From an uncultured euryarchaeote (GTDB lineage Archaea; Thermoplasmatota; Poseidoniia; Poseidoniales; Poseidoniaceae), in contig CALBIL010000038.1 of assembly GCA_937892945.1 (NCBI GenBank), positions 66,102 through 130,101 of the forward strand: 64,000 bases of DNA, given 5' to 3'. A model generated the notes under the pieces. It was not told the origin of the DNA, did no database searches, and saw nothing but the letters and a program-made list of their open reading frames with translations. The translations under genes and the position numbers were made by a program. This document shows positions 53,424 through 63,718 of this stretch, piece after piece. Numbering within the stretch: position 1 is the first letter of the stretch; each line of letters starts with the position of its first letter.

Positions 53424-56381
53424 TCAAAGATCTTCAAGTTGATCTAAAAGTTCCAAATCATCATCTTCTTCGACCACTGGTTCGACGATAGATTCTACAG
53501 TTTCGAGTCCAAAATCAAACTCTTCATCGACCCACTTTTGATGAGGTTCATTCATCCCACCAGCATTTTGCCCACGCCGATACACAGCAAAGACTAGAAC
53601 AAATGCGAGACCAATTCCAAGCGCTAATGTTTGAGGTTCTGGATTCATAATTTCATTGAAAAGACATGCAATCCCATTGCATTCAGTTTGATATGAAAAC
53701 GACATAATTTGAGTGAATTCACTGTCATAGGGCACTTCCTCATCCATCGGAGTAACTGTCAGAGTAAATTTCACGTCATCACCGTCTTTCAAATTTGACG
53801 GTGGGGTAACTGCAACTGAGAAGTCTTTACTCGTGTATGCAGGAAGTGTGAGCAAGAGGAAACTTCCTCCATTTTGGCCAGAAGATGCTCGAATCAAGCC
53901 ATCCCATCCATTCGGCTCCTCCAAGGTAATCACCACATCGAGAGGTATGTTGTTTTGGTTATCAATCTTGAAGTTAATACTCCTTTCTTCATCTGACTCA
54001 AACCGGATAATTTCAGTGCTTGTGTCGGTGATTTCAAGTTGTCCTGGTTGGACGTCATCTCGGACTTCAACTGTAATTGGTAAATCGAAGTATCGCGCTT
54101 CTTCAGAATCTACGCCTTCCTCGATGACTCGAACATAGACAGTATGGAACCCAGCCTCAACCTTAGAGCGCAATGTCAAGTCGAGCTTGATGTCTACGTG
54201 CTCATCGGCTTCAAGATAGACGACCACAATATTGGATTCCGTTCCATTCGAGATATCATAATCCCATGTACCATAATCGGGGTTACCGTCTGGAGTTTCG
54301 AGATTACGGTCTAATTCTGAAGGATTTTTAATTCTCCATGTCGTTTGACCCAGTGTTTCACTTGAATCTGTGATTCGCATATTGTAATACATGCTTGAAC
54401 CTGGTGAAACAGGCCCGACTGTACCGAGCGTGCCTCCATCAGAGTCAGCAATGACTTCCACCAGGATGCCAAAAGTCCGGTGAACTGTGAACGCAATTTC
54501 TGTGCTGAGTTCGGTGTCACTGGTACTGGAAACTGAAAACTCGACCAAACCAATGTCTTGTGCATCTCGCTCATTCGGTGGGAAAATTTCCATGCGTAGA
54601 GTGATAATTTGATTTGAACCTATATCGGGAGTGATTGAATAAATTCCTTCTTCAGTCAACTCCATTCCCGTATCGTTATCGAAGAACTTGAATTGCCAGG
54701 CGTCAGGAAAATCTGTAACTCGTAATCGGAATGAATCTGTAATAAATCCTGCATTGAAGACATCGACGAAGAATTCACCTTTGGTATCGCCGGCGTCGAC
54801 ATAATGCGAAAGTGTCTCATCATAGGCTTCAACACGCGTTGAATCAGCAATTTGTATTTGATGTTCAAAATCTTCAAAGATGGCAATCCGAGGTGGCGCC
54901 AATACATCAGATTCTTCAATCGAAAGGACAATCGTTTTTATTGCTACTTGATCGTTTTGGGCATTTTCAGTATCTGCATAGGCTCGTGCTTCAATTTCGA
55001 TGCTGCTTGGAGCATTGGTGAGGTCTCCATCGACCACATCAAACCTGAGAATTGGACGAGCAAAGGTGCCTCCACCGTTGAGCGTGTATCCACCGGCTTG
55101 ATCCCATATAGGGTCTGACCATGATGAAGGGAAAGGTGAACCAACTAAATCAAAGACGATATTCATCGATGAAGAAGTAGAGCCGGTATGTTCGATCAAG
55201 AATTCAATACTGGATGTTTGGCCTGGAGCAATTAGAACAGTATCTGGCTGAGAAGAAGGGAGTGAGAGATAGATGTCATGCTCCACGAAAGTAATCCCGG
55301 GGTGTTCAAAGACAAGTGTATGACCTTGAACGTCATTGATTTCCAATTGCAAGGGGTAATCGCCAGCACTGATACCAGAATCATACGTCCACGTATAATT
55401 CCCAATCAATCCTTGATTATCCAACTTCAGCTCATCATCGTCGAATGTTTTATCGAACTCTGAGTTTGCACCATTTGGCGTACTCATGACCAAATCCACG
55501 TTTTGAATGTCATCACGCCCAAAAGCATCACGAACATCAACAGTGAATTGCATTGTTCGGAAATCAGGCCGATGGTTTGGAGACCATTCAAGAACTTCTG
55601 CATCAGTAAAACTTGCACCAGGTCGGTGAACACGAACAGATGAGTCAGCTAATGCATTTGCTTTCAATTCGAGTTTCGAGTATCCATTGGTTTGTTCGAC
55701 ATCACCAAAGGCAACATCGACTTCACAATTGTTGCCACCAATACCGCCACCACCACTGCTTTCACAAGTGGCCTGAGCATCGATATTCAATTCCAGTTGT
55801 TCTCCATTTTCGACAGTAAAGCCGTTTGATGAGATTTCAAAATCGATAATGCTTGGCGTCCAAGAACAACTACCAGTTCCAAGAGCCCCACCGGTACATG
55901 GTTCCTCAAGAGTTTCTGAAAACGAATCAATTTCGGTCCCACCGGATTCGAGTGAATAGGTGATGTCTGCGGTAGAGCCCGTTGACCCACGGAATTGTAA
56001 AAACAGCGTCAACGTTACTTTGTCGGTATTGTCACGGCCGTAGACTAAGAGGTCGGAAATCATTTCATTACTACGGAATTGAATCCCACCCAGTGCACTC
56101 AGTTCCTGGTGAGAACCTGAAGGTTCCTCTGTGGTGATTGAACCATCTCCGCCAGCCTCTGAGGTCATTTCATCGAGGTACAGATCGTACGATTGGCACG
56201 TATTGCAATCGTTTCCTGCGGGCAAAACACTCGGTTCATCTTCAAGAACAGAATCGAATGACGTCGGGTATGAAGAAGGGGCAGTCATAGGAAGAATTGA
56301 GCCGATGAGCAAGATGACCAAAAGGACGGGTAAAAGGCGGTTGACGGAAGTTGCATGCGTTGAGGACACTCTGTTCACCAT
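53424..56381 (-). CDS. Large surface protein (985 aa): signal peptide, beta-rich domains, C-terminal TM and acidic tail. Upstream partner of the 3022-aa gene.
   Basis: Leader LLPVLLVILLIGSILPMTAPSS. C-terminal LALGIGLAFVLVFAVY RRGQ and a D/E-rich tail. 16 nt from the downstream gene start. Confidence 0.8.
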   Translation of the reverse strand: MVNRVSSTHATSVNRLLPVLLVILLIGSILPMTAPSSYPTSFDSVLEDEPSVLPAGNDCNTCQSYDLYLDEMTSEAGGDGSITTEEPSGSHQELSALGGIQFRSNEMISDLLVYGRDNTDKVTLTLFLQFRGSTGSTADITYSLESGGTEIDSFSETLEEPCTGGALGTGSCSWTPSIIDFEISSNGFTVENGEQLELNIDAQATCESSGGGGIGGNNCEVDVAFGDVEQTNGYSKLELKANALADSSVRVHRPGASFTDAEVLEWSPNHRPDFRTMQFTVDVRDAFGRDDIQNVDLVMSTPNGANSEFDKTFDDDELKLDNQGLIGNYTWTYDSGISAGDYPLQLEINDVQGHTLVFEHPGITFVEHDIYLSLPSSQPDTVLIAPGQTSSIEFLIEHTGSTSSSMNIVFDLVGSPFPSSWSDPIWDQAGGYTLNGGGTFARPILRFDVVDGDLTNAPSSIEIEARAYADTENAQNDQVAIKTIVLSIEESDVLAPPRIAIFEDFEHQIQIADSTRVEAYDETLSHYVDAGDTKGEFFVDVFNAGFITDSFRLRVTDFPDAWQFKFFDNDTGMELTEEGIYSITPDIGSNQIITLRMEIFPPNERDAQDIGLVEFSVSSTSDTELSTEIAFTVHRTFGILVEVIADSDGGTLGTVGPVSPGSSMYYNMRITDSSETLGQTTWRIKNPSELDRNLETPDGNPDYGTWDYDISNGTESNIVVVYLEADEHVDIKLDLTLRSKVEAGFHTVYVRVIEEGVDSEEARYFDLPITVEVRDDVQPGQLEITDTSTEIIRFESDEERSINFKIDNQNNIPLDVVITLEEPNGWDGLIRASSGQNGGSFLLLTLPAYTSKDFSVAVTPPSNLKDGDDVKFTLTVTPMDEEVPYDSEFTQIMSFSYQTECNGIACLFNEIMNPEPQTLALGIGLAFVLVFAVYRRGQNAGGMNEPHQKWVDEEFDFGLETVESIVEPVVEEDDDLELLDQLEDL

Positions 56382-56471
56382 CGTGGCCTGTTCAACCGAG
56401 TGTTAAACGGTTTTGCATTGAATGTTCAACAAAACCCCCCTCTACGAGGGGGCGAATGAGTATTGAAAGAG

Positions 56472-56558
56472 TGGTGCAGGGAGTGGGATACGAACCCACG
56501 AACCCATACGGGACCGGATCTTAAGCCCGGCGCCTTTGACCACCTCAGCCACCCCTGC
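56472..56558 (-). tRNA. tRNA-Leu (anticodon TAA), type II with long variable arm, CCA encoded
   Basis: Minus-strand GCAGGGGTGGCTGAGGTGGTCAAAGGCGCCGGGCTTAAGATCCGGTCCCGTATGGGTTCGTGGGTTCGTATCCCACTCCCTGCACCA. Acceptor 7 bp (one GU), anticodon loop CTTAAGA, T-arm GTGGG-TTCGTAT-CCCAC. Confidence 0.8.
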
Positions 56559-56609
56559 AGACCTCCGAACTGCAAGGAGGATTTGAAGAAAACCCCTAAG
56601 CACATTGCT

Positions 56610-57383
56610 TCAAGGTGAAACTGACCAGCCACCATCAACATTGATGGTTTGGCCTGAAAGATAGGTTGAATTGAGAAGAAACAAAATGGTTTGTGCTACA
56701 TCAGTTGGTTCACCTGCCCGTCCGAGAGGTATTTTCTCGAGAACTGAGGCGAAGTGTTCACTTTCCCAATCGGCTGCAATGATCGCCCCAGGTGCAACAC
56801 AGTTCACACGAATATCCGGAGCAAGGTCACCTGCTAAATTCATCATCAATTGGCGCAAACCGGCTTTACTTGCTGTGTAATGTGACAAGCCTTTCCAAGC
56901 TCGTCCCAATGAAGTATCAATCATTCCAATTACACAACCTTGACCCGATTTGAGAGGCGTCAAAAGACCTTGTGTCAAAAGGAAAGGAACTTCGATGTGA
57001 AGGCGGTTGTTGAGCCGAAGAGATTCAAGCGTAACTGATTCGTAATCTTCCGAACTATAGATTGAAGCATTATGAATAAGTGCGTGTAAACCACCGTTCG
57101 ATTTTACTTTTTCATGGGTAAGAACTGCCTCGATAAGCGTGCCTAAATCTTCATCGCTATTGAGGTCGGCTTGAATGATTTCAGCCTGTGCTTTGGAACC
57201 GTGTCTTTGCTCATATGTTTGAAGAATTTCTTCGGCTTCTGTGAGTGAAGACCGGACGTGAATAAAGACGAACCAACCATTGTCCAACAGAAGAGAAACT
57301 GTTGCTGCGCCTATACGCTTTCCACCACCAGTAATCAATGCAACCTGTTGCGCCATGAACTGTTCGAATCGTTCGCCCCTCAT
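56610..57383 (-). CDS. Short-chain dehydrogenase/reductase (SDR) family oxidoreductase
   Basis: ALITGGGKRIGAA Rossmann motif, NASIY, YTASKAGL (YxxxK active site). Start placed at the internal Met (57383 or 57356). The track N-terminus looks non-coding. Confidence 0.7.
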   Translation of the reverse strand: MRGERFEQFMAQQVALITGGGKRIGAATVSLLLDNGWFVFIHVRSSLTEAEEILQTYEQRHGSKAQAEIIQADLNSDEDLGTLIEAVLTHEKVKSNGGLHALIHNASIYSSEDYESVTLESLRLNNRLHIEVPFLLTQGLLTPLKSGQGCVIGMIDTSLGRAWKGLSHYTASKAGLRQLMMNLAGDLAPDIRVNCVAPGAIIAADWESEHFASVLEKIPLGRAGEPTDVAQTILFLLNSTYLSGQTINVDGGWSVSP

Positions 57384-57510
57384 CAATGCTCTCAAAAATA
57401 ATTCATGCGAAAATAACGCAGATTCTAGGTTTGTACGGCGCATGACCAAAAAAGACCACAGCACATCTTTTTGAAAGGCAAAGCATAGGATGAAGCAAGG
57501 GGGAACATGT

Positions 57511-58539
57511 ATGTCGGGCAAACAACTACCGATGGCGAGTAAAACTCCTCCTGCTTTACGTCCAAAACCAAAACGTGAACGGCTCCCCGACTGGTTTCGT
57601 ACAACTCTACCTTCCGGAGAGCAGCAAGCTCTTTTCAACAAAACAAAAGCGGCTGTTCAAGACAATGCCCTACACACTGTTTGTCAAGAAGCCCGATGCC
57701 CAAATATCCATGATTGCTGGGCCAGTGGTGATGCTACATTCATGATTGCTGGCCAAGAATGCACCCGTGGATGCCGCTTTTGTGCTGTTGGCACCATCAA
57801 AACACCTCCGCCCCTTGACCTTGAGGAACCCTCACATCTTGCAACTGCTGTTGAATCGATGAATCTTCGACACGTCGTCATTACAGTCGTCAACAGAGAT
57901 GACCTACCCGACAGTGGAGCCGACCATTACAAACAATGCATCGCTGCCGTCCACAAGCGTCAACCAAATGTCACACTTGAATTGCTTTGCTCAGATTTAG
58001 CTGGCGACCATGAAGCCCTTGCTCATCTTCTCGATGGAAGCCCACTCTCGGTCTTCGCTCACAATGTTGAATGCGTACCTCGTCTTGACAAAACCGTTCG
58101 TGACCACAGAGCATCTTTTTCTCAATCGCTCGAGATTCTTCGTCAAGCCAAAATCCTACGCCCAGATCTCATTACGAAATCTTCGTTGATGGTTGGAGTT
58201 GGTGAGCGTGATGAAGAAATCACTGAATCCTTACACCTCCTACGCAACGCTGGCGTAGACCTCATCACAATTGGACAATACCTTGCCCCTTCATCAAGTC
58301 ATTTGACGGTCGACCGGTTCCCGGAGCCGGAGATGTATGACACGTGGGCAAAGGAAGCAATTGCAATGGGTTTTGCTGGAATTGCCAGTGGACCTCTCGT
58401 ACGCTCATCCTTCAAGGCCGGACTTTTACTGCGAAAAACACTGGATTCCGAGAACTCGGAAAGAATGCCTGGTGCATATGTGTATGTCGCTCAAGATGAA
58501 AACGATACACCCGCACCTCTTAAGGGCGGGATGAACTGA
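57511..58539 (+). CDS. lipA: Lipoyl synthase
   Basis: CPNIHDC, WASGDATFMIAG, radical-SAM CTRGCRFCAV. GGGGG lies 7 nt upstream of the ATG at 57511; the track starts at 57490. Confidence 0.85.
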   Translation: MSGKQLPMASKTPPALRPKPKRERLPDWFRTTLPSGEQQALFNKTKAAVQDNALHTVCQEARCPNIHDCWASGDATFMIAGQECTRGCRFCAVGTIKTPPPLDLEEPSHLATAVESMNLRHVVITVVNRDDLPDSGADHYKQCIAAVHKRQPNVTLELLCSDLAGDHEALAHLLDGSPLSVFAHNVECVPRLDKTVRDHRASFSQSLEILRQAKILRPDLITKSSLMVGVGERDEEITESLHLLRNAGVDLITIGQYLAPSSSHLTVDRFPEPEMYDTWAKEAIAMGFAGIASGPLVRSSFKAGLLLRKTLDSENSERMPGAYVYVAQDENDTPAPLKGGMN

Positions 58540-58548
58540 GGTGGAACA

Positions 58549-59790
58549 ATGACCGAGAGAGTGACTGCCACGACTAAGCCGTACACCATCGGCCGGCCTC
58601 CATTTCGTCCTGGTGAAGATGCTGATTTTGGCGGGAAGTTTACTGAACAACCTGGTGATTTGAATCGGCCAGACCCCGCAAACTGTTCAGCACAGGATAC
58701 AGTAGCCCATGCATCGGGTTTGATTCGTGTCCTCACTGATAATGGAATCGCAGAAGGTGAATGGAACCCTCTCTTAGATGCCGAGACCTTGATTCAAGGA
58801 CTTGAATATATGATGCGTCTTCGAATATTTGACGACCGGATGATCAAAATGCAACGAACCGGAAAACTCTCGTTCTACATGCGGTCTTTTGGCGAAGAAG
58901 CAATTGCAATCGCCCAAACCATGGCGCTTGAAACACAGGATTGGATTTTCCCATCCTACCGACAACCTGGCGCTCAATTTGTTCGTGGGCGTGACATGGT
59001 CAGTATGATTTGTCATTGCATTGGCAACACTGAAGATAACGTCAAAGGACGTCAGATGCCAGTTCATTATACTTGGAAACAAGGCCGATTCATTTCCATT
59101 TCTTCTCCTGTAGGAACTCAATTCTCCCAAGCAGTCGGTGTAGCGATGGCCAGTGCGTACAAAGGCGATGATGAAGTTTGTATCTCCTGGCTCGGTGACG
59201 GAACATCTGCACAAGGAGACTATCACTACGCATTAAATTTCGCTTCGACGTTTAAGCCCCCAGTTATTCTCAATGTGGTAAACAACCAATGGGCCATTTC
59301 AACCCACGCTAACCTCGCAACAGGTGGACGTACTTTTGCAGAACGTGGATTAGCCTATGACATTCCTTCTTTCCGAGTGGATGGGAATGACTTCCTCGCA
59401 CTCTACAGCGTGACAAAATGGGCACGTTTGCGAGCAGCTGCCGGTAAAGGGGCAACTCACATCGAAGTCTACACCTATCGAGCAGGTGGACATTCTTCAT
59501 CTGATGACCCCTCTGTATACCGCCCAAGTGATGAATTCAAATATTGGCCTGGTGGAGATCCAATCGAACGACTCAAAGAACACCTCATGAAAGCTGAATT
59601 GTGGAATGAGACCCGTCATACAGCTTTGGCTAAGAAAATTGATGATGAAGTCATGGCTGCATACAAAGCCGCATGTGAGTTTGGCGATTTGGCAAGTGGG
59701 CCATATCCGCCTGCTTCAACTATATTTACCGAAGTCTACGAAACTGTACCTTGGCATGTCCAAGAACAGAGAGAGGAACTTGGAAAGTGA
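58549..59790 (+). CDS. 2-oxoacid (branched-chain/pyruvate-type) dehydrogenase E1 component alpha subunit, TPP-dependent
   Basis: WLGDGTSAQGDYHYALNFA TPP-binding motif. 413 aa. Confidence 0.9.
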   Translation: MTERVTATTKPYTIGRPPFRPGEDADFGGKFTEQPGDLNRPDPANCSAQDTVAHASGLIRVLTDNGIAEGEWNPLLDAETLIQGLEYMMRLRIFDDRMIKMQRTGKLSFYMRSFGEEAIAIAQTMALETQDWIFPSYRQPGAQFVRGRDMVSMICHCIGNTEDNVKGRQMPVHYTWKQGRFISISSPVGTQFSQAVGVAMASAYKGDDEVCISWLGDGTSAQGDYHYALNFASTFKPPVILNVVNNQWAISTHANLATGGRTFAERGLAYDIPSFRVDGNDFLALYSVTKWARLRAAAGKGATHIEVYTYRAGGHSSSDDPSVYRPSDEFKYWPGGDPIERLKEHLMKAELWNETRHTALAKKIDDEVMAAYKAACEFGDLASGPYPPASTIFTEVYETVPWHVQEQREELGK

Positions 59791-59796
59791 GGTGAG

Positions 59797-60810
59797 ATGA
59801 TGACTGATATGAACATGATTAAAGCACTCAATTCCGCTTTGGAAGTACAACTTGAGAAAGATAAGAACGTCGTCATCTTTGGAGAAGATGTTGGATTCTT
59901 TGGTGGAGTATTCCGAGTTACTGACGGATTGCAAAAGAAATTCGGTGAACACAGAGTCTTCGACTCTCCACTTGCCGAAGGTGGAATTGCTGCCATAGCA
60001 ATGGGCATGGGTTTGAATGGACTTCGACCGGTTGCAGAGATTCAATTCGCTGACTATATCTTCCCTGCTTATGACCAAATTGTCAATGAAATTGCCAAAG
60101 TACGTCACCGCTCAGGGGGAGAATTTACCGCACCGCTCACCTTTAGAACACCTGCTGGAGGAGGAATCAAAGGTGGCCATCATCATTCGCAATCACCCGA
60201 AGCTCAATTCACCCATACGCCAGGTTTGAAAGTTGTTTATTGCTCAACACCATACAATGCCAAAGGATTGTTGACCGCTTCTATTGAATGCAACGACCCC
60301 GTTATTTTCTTTGAACCCAAGCGTTGCTACCGAGGGCCATTTTATGGCGACCCACACAATGTTCCAACTTGGAGTGGACACCCAGATGCTGAAGTCCCCG
60401 AAGGCCATTACATCGTCCCATTGGAAGAGGCCCGTATTGTTCGAGAAGGCAGTGCTTGCACTGTTATTGCATGGGGCACCATGGTTCACATGTGTGAACA
60501 AGCCATCAAAGATTCCGGAATTGATTGTGAACTCATCGATTTGCAAACATTGGTTCCTTGGGACCGGGACACCGTCGTCAATTCAATCAAGAAGACTGGG
60601 CGCTGTGTCATTGTACACGAAGCACCGAAGACAAGTGGTTTTGGTGCAGAGATGAGTGCATCAATTCAAGAACGTTGTTTCTACCACTTGGAAGCACCAA
60701 TAACTCGAGTGACGGGATGGGACACGCCTTTCCCCCACACTACGGAATGGGATTATATCCCGAGTCCAGCACGAATTGCAGAAGCAATAAAGAATACACA
60801 GGAGGAATAA
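59797..60810 (+). CDS. 2-oxoacid dehydrogenase E1 component beta subunit
   Basis: Transketolase-like beta-subunit motifs (VVIFGEDVG..GGVFRVT, RVFDSPLAEGGIAA). Confidence 0.9.
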   Translation: MMTDMNMIKALNSALEVQLEKDKNVVIFGEDVGFFGGVFRVTDGLQKKFGEHRVFDSPLAEGGIAAIAMGMGLNGLRPVAEIQFADYIFPAYDQIVNEIAKVRHRSGGEFTAPLTFRTPAGGGIKGGHHHSQSPEAQFTHTPGLKVVYCSTPYNAKGLLTASIECNDPVIFFEPKRCYRGPFYGDPHNVPTWSGHPDAEVPEGHYIVPLEEARIVREGSACTVIAWGTMVHMCEQAIKDSGIDCELIDLQTLVPWDRDTVVNSIKKTGRCVIVHEAPKTSGFGAEMSASIQERCFYHLEAPITRVTGWDTPFPHTTEWDYIPSPARIAEAIKNTQEE

Positions 60811-60812
60811 AT

Positions 60813-62099
60813 ATGGGAACGTTTGCATTTAAGATGCCAGATATTGGAGAAGGAGTCGTCGAAGGAGAAGTTGTTGAATGGATGGTCGCTGTTGGCGACG
60901 TCGTCAAAGAAGACGATCCGATTCTTTCTGTGATGACCGATAAAGCAACTGTCGAAATCCCTTCACCTGTTGACGGTAAAGTAATTTCAGTCATTGGCGA
61001 AGCCGGTGACACATTGCCAGTCGGTGTTGTTTGTATCGAATTCGAAGTTGACGGTGATGGAAACGCAGCATCATCAGTTGATGTACCAACACCTGCCCCT
61101 GAACCAAAAGCAGAACCGGCTTCAACCCCAGAGCCAGAAGCAGCGCCTGAGGTAAAAACATCACCAGTTGCAGCAGCGCCAGTTGCAGCAGCACCCGCCG
61201 TTCAACGTGCAGCAGGAACCAAGGCATTGTCCAGTCCTGCAGTTCGTCAACGTGCCCGTCAAGCCAACATCGACCTCAACATGGTCGCAGGCTCCGGCCC
61301 TGCAGGTAGAATTAGCCATGCAGACCTCGATGCCCACATCGCTGGCGGAGTAAGTGGCGCAAGCCGTGCCCGACCAATGGGTGCTTCAGCCCGAACTGAG
61401 CGGAATGGAACAGAAGAAATCAAAGTTATTGGTCTGCGAAGAAAAATTGCAGAAGGTATGGTTTCATCCTACACCACTATTCCTCATTTCTCGTACTTTG
61501 AAGAAGTCGATGTCACGGCTCTGGAAGAATTACGCCAACATCTCAATGCGACTCGCCCTGAAGGTGCTCCGAAATTGACCTATTTGCCCTTCATCATGCA
61601 AGCATTGGTCAAGGCATTGGGAGAACGCCCAGAATGTAACGCAGTCTATGATGACGATTCAAACATCGTCACTCGACATGAAGCGATCAATCTTGGAATT
61701 GCAACTCAAACTGACCGTGGACTGTTCGTCCCTGTTGTCCAACACGTGGAAGCCATGGACATTTGGCAATCTGCTGAAGAAATGGTACGTGTCACAAGTG
61801 CAACTCGAGATGGTAAAGCAACTGCAGATGACCTTTCAGGCTCGACCTTTACCATCACCAGTCTTGGACGACTTGGAGGATTAGGTGCAACCCCAATCAT
61901 CAACAAACCGGAAGTTGGAATTCTTGGAATTCATAATGCAAAAGAACGTGCAGTTGTGAGAGATGGTAACATTGTGATTCGTCGAATGATGAACCTTTCA
62001 TCTTCTTGGGACCATCGAGTTGTCGATGGTCATGACGGTGCAAGTCTTGTACAACTCGTGAAGTCATACCTCGAACATCCGGCTACAATTTTCATGTGA
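60813..62099 (+). CDS. Dihydrolipoamide acyltransferase E2 (lipoyl domain + Ala/Pro linker + catalytic domain)
   Basis: Lipoyl-lysine motif VMTDKATVEIPSP. Catalytic DHRVVDG. GGAGG 8 nt upstream of the ATG at 60813; the track ORF at 60558 overlaps E1beta. Confidence 0.85.
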   Translation: MGTFAFKMPDIGEGVVEGEVVEWMVAVGDVVKEDDPILSVMTDKATVEIPSPVDGKVISVIGEAGDTLPVGVVCIEFEVDGDGNAASSVDVPTPAPEPKAEPASTPEPEAAPEVKTSPVAAAPVAAAPAVQRAAGTKALSSPAVRQRARQANIDLNMVAGSGPAGRISHADLDAHIAGGVSGASRARPMGASARTERNGTEEIKVIGLRRKIAEGMVSSYTTIPHFSYFEEVDVTALEELRQHLNATRPEGAPKLTYLPFIMQALVKALGERPECNAVYDDDSNIVTRHEAINLGIATQTDRGLFVPVVQHVEAMDIWQSAEEMVRVTSATRDGKATADDLSGSTFTITSLGRLGGLGATPIINKPEVGILGIHNAKERAVVRDGNIVIRRMMNLSSSWDHRVVDGHDGASLVQLVKSYLEHPATIFM

Positions 62100-62110
62100 G
62101 GTGCTAAAAT

Positions 62111-63541
62111 ATGCAGACTAAAAAATGTCAAGTTCTCGTAATCGGAGCAGGCCCTGGTGGATACGTCGCTGCAATTCGCGCAGGACAACTCGGTTTGTCA
62201 ACCATCATTGTCGAAGGTGAAAAAGCAGGTGGGACCTGTCTCATTCGAGGCTGCATCCCATCGAAGGCTTTGATTCACGCCGCTCACCAATTCCATAAGT
62301 TAGCAAAGCATTCATCAAACGATGGCCACATGGGTATCTCGATTCCTGGACCGGCAGAACTGAACATGGGTAACTTGGTCTCTTGGAAAGAAGGCATTGT
62401 CACTCGACTCAACAAAGGTGTCGAACATTTGCTCAAGAATGCAGGTGCTGAACTCATCATCGGATGGGCTGAATTTCAAGACGCTAAAACCGTCAAAGTT
62501 GGTGAAGGAAAGGATGCAACCATCATCCAAGCAGAGCATGTTATTCTTGCCAATGGGTCAGTCCCGATTGAACTTCCATTCATGCCATATGATGAAAACG
62601 TTATTTCGTCTCGTGAGGCCTTATCCCTTGAAGAATTACCAAAGCACGTTGCCATTGTTGGTGGTGGATACATCGGACTTGAACTTGGAATTACATTCCG
62701 TATGCTCGGTTCCGAAGTGACTGTTGTTGAAGCAATGGACAGCGTCCTACCGATCTTTGACAAGGAACTACGACGACCACTTGAGATCTCAATTAAGAAG
62801 CAGAAAATCAAGACACATCTCGGTGTATTCGCAAAAGGTGTTGAAAAAGCAAAAGATGGTCGTACACAACTCAACTTTATTGATAAAAATGAGAAAGACG
62901 AATCGAAAATGCAGAATGTCATTGTCGACAAAGTGTTGGTCACAGTTGGCCGCAAACCCAACTCAGCATCTTTGGCCCCAACTGGCGTGGCATTAGATGA
63001 ACGTGGATTCGTCAAAGTCAACGACCGTTGTGAAACCAACATGCGTGGTGTTTATGCAATCGGTGATGTCTGTGATTCTGGAGAAATGTTGGCGCATGTT
63101 GCCTCTTTCCAAGGAGAAATGGTGGCCGAAATTATTGCTGGTCACAAGCGAGCATACGACCCAGTCGCTGTCCCTGCAATCGTGTTCACTGAACCTGAGA
63201 TCGTATCCGTTGGACTTTCACCTGAAGAGGCAAAAGCCGCTGGACACCCTGTAATTGTCGGGAAGTTCCCCTTGGGAGCAAACGGACGTGCATTAACGCA
63301 AGAAGCGGAAAAGACTGCAGGATTTATTCGAGTATGTGCACGAGAAGATGATCATCGTATTCTTGGAATCCAAGGTGTGGGAACTCACATCAGTGAACTG
63401 GTTGGTGAGTGGACACTTGCTCTTGAAATGGGTGCCTTACTCGAAGATATTGCTGGAACAATCCATGCACATCCAACCATGACTGAAATGACCCATGAAG
63501 CTGTTCTTGCAACTCTTGGTCATGCGATTCATTCTGCTTGA
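62111..63541 (+). CDS. lpdA: Dihydrolipoamide dehydrogenase E3
   Basis: GAGPGGYVAAIRAAQLG FAD motif, redox disulfide GGTCLIRGCIPSK, C-terminal HAHPTMTE. Confidence 0.9.
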   Translation: MQTKKCQVLVIGAGPGGYVAAIRAGQLGLSTIIVEGEKAGGTCLIRGCIPSKALIHAAHQFHKLAKHSSNDGHMGISIPGPAELNMGNLVSWKEGIVTRLNKGVEHLLKNAGAELIIGWAEFQDAKTVKVGEGKDATIIQAEHVILANGSVPIELPFMPYDENVISSREALSLEELPKHVAIVGGGYIGLELGITFRMLGSEVTVVEAMDSVLPIFDKELRRPLEISIKKQKIKTHLGVFAKGVEKAKDGRTQLNFIDKNEKDESKMQNVIVDKVLVTVGRKPNSASLAPTGVALDERGFVKVNDRCETNMRGVYAIGDVCDSGEMLAHVASFQGEMVAEIIAGHKRAYDPVAVPAIVFTEPEIVSVGLSPEEAKAAGHPVIVGKFPLGANGRALTQEAEKTAGFIRVCAREDDHRILGIQGVGTHISELVGEWTLALEMGALLEDIAGTIHAHPTMTEMTHEAVLATLGHAIHSA

Positions 63542-63718
63542 GAAATCTAATTACTATAAGAATCATATTAACACTCATGAGTATTATTCAAGGCAAAGCG
63601 CCTACGAGTAAGGAAAAAGAAGCGTGATGAAACGCACTCAGGGCCTCACCCGCAGGACTTGAAATCCCCGAGTGAAGGTTTACACCCTCGAGTATCTATA
63701 AACTTCAACCAATCGTAC

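Noticed and set aside
56426-56641. 71-aa minus ORF
   Set aside because: It overlaps tRNA-Leu almost completely.
56610-57641. Track-suggested long N-termini (SDR 343 aa; also MCM small subunit from 31342, asnB from 29043, Pop5 from 15239, E2 from 60558, lipA from 57490, RHH from TTG 40784)
   Set aside because: The upstream extensions are non-homologous and low-complexity, or they overlap the preceding gene. Internal Mets with ribosome-binding sites or functional constraints (e.g. the N-terminal Cys of AsnB) give the biological starts used in the feature table.
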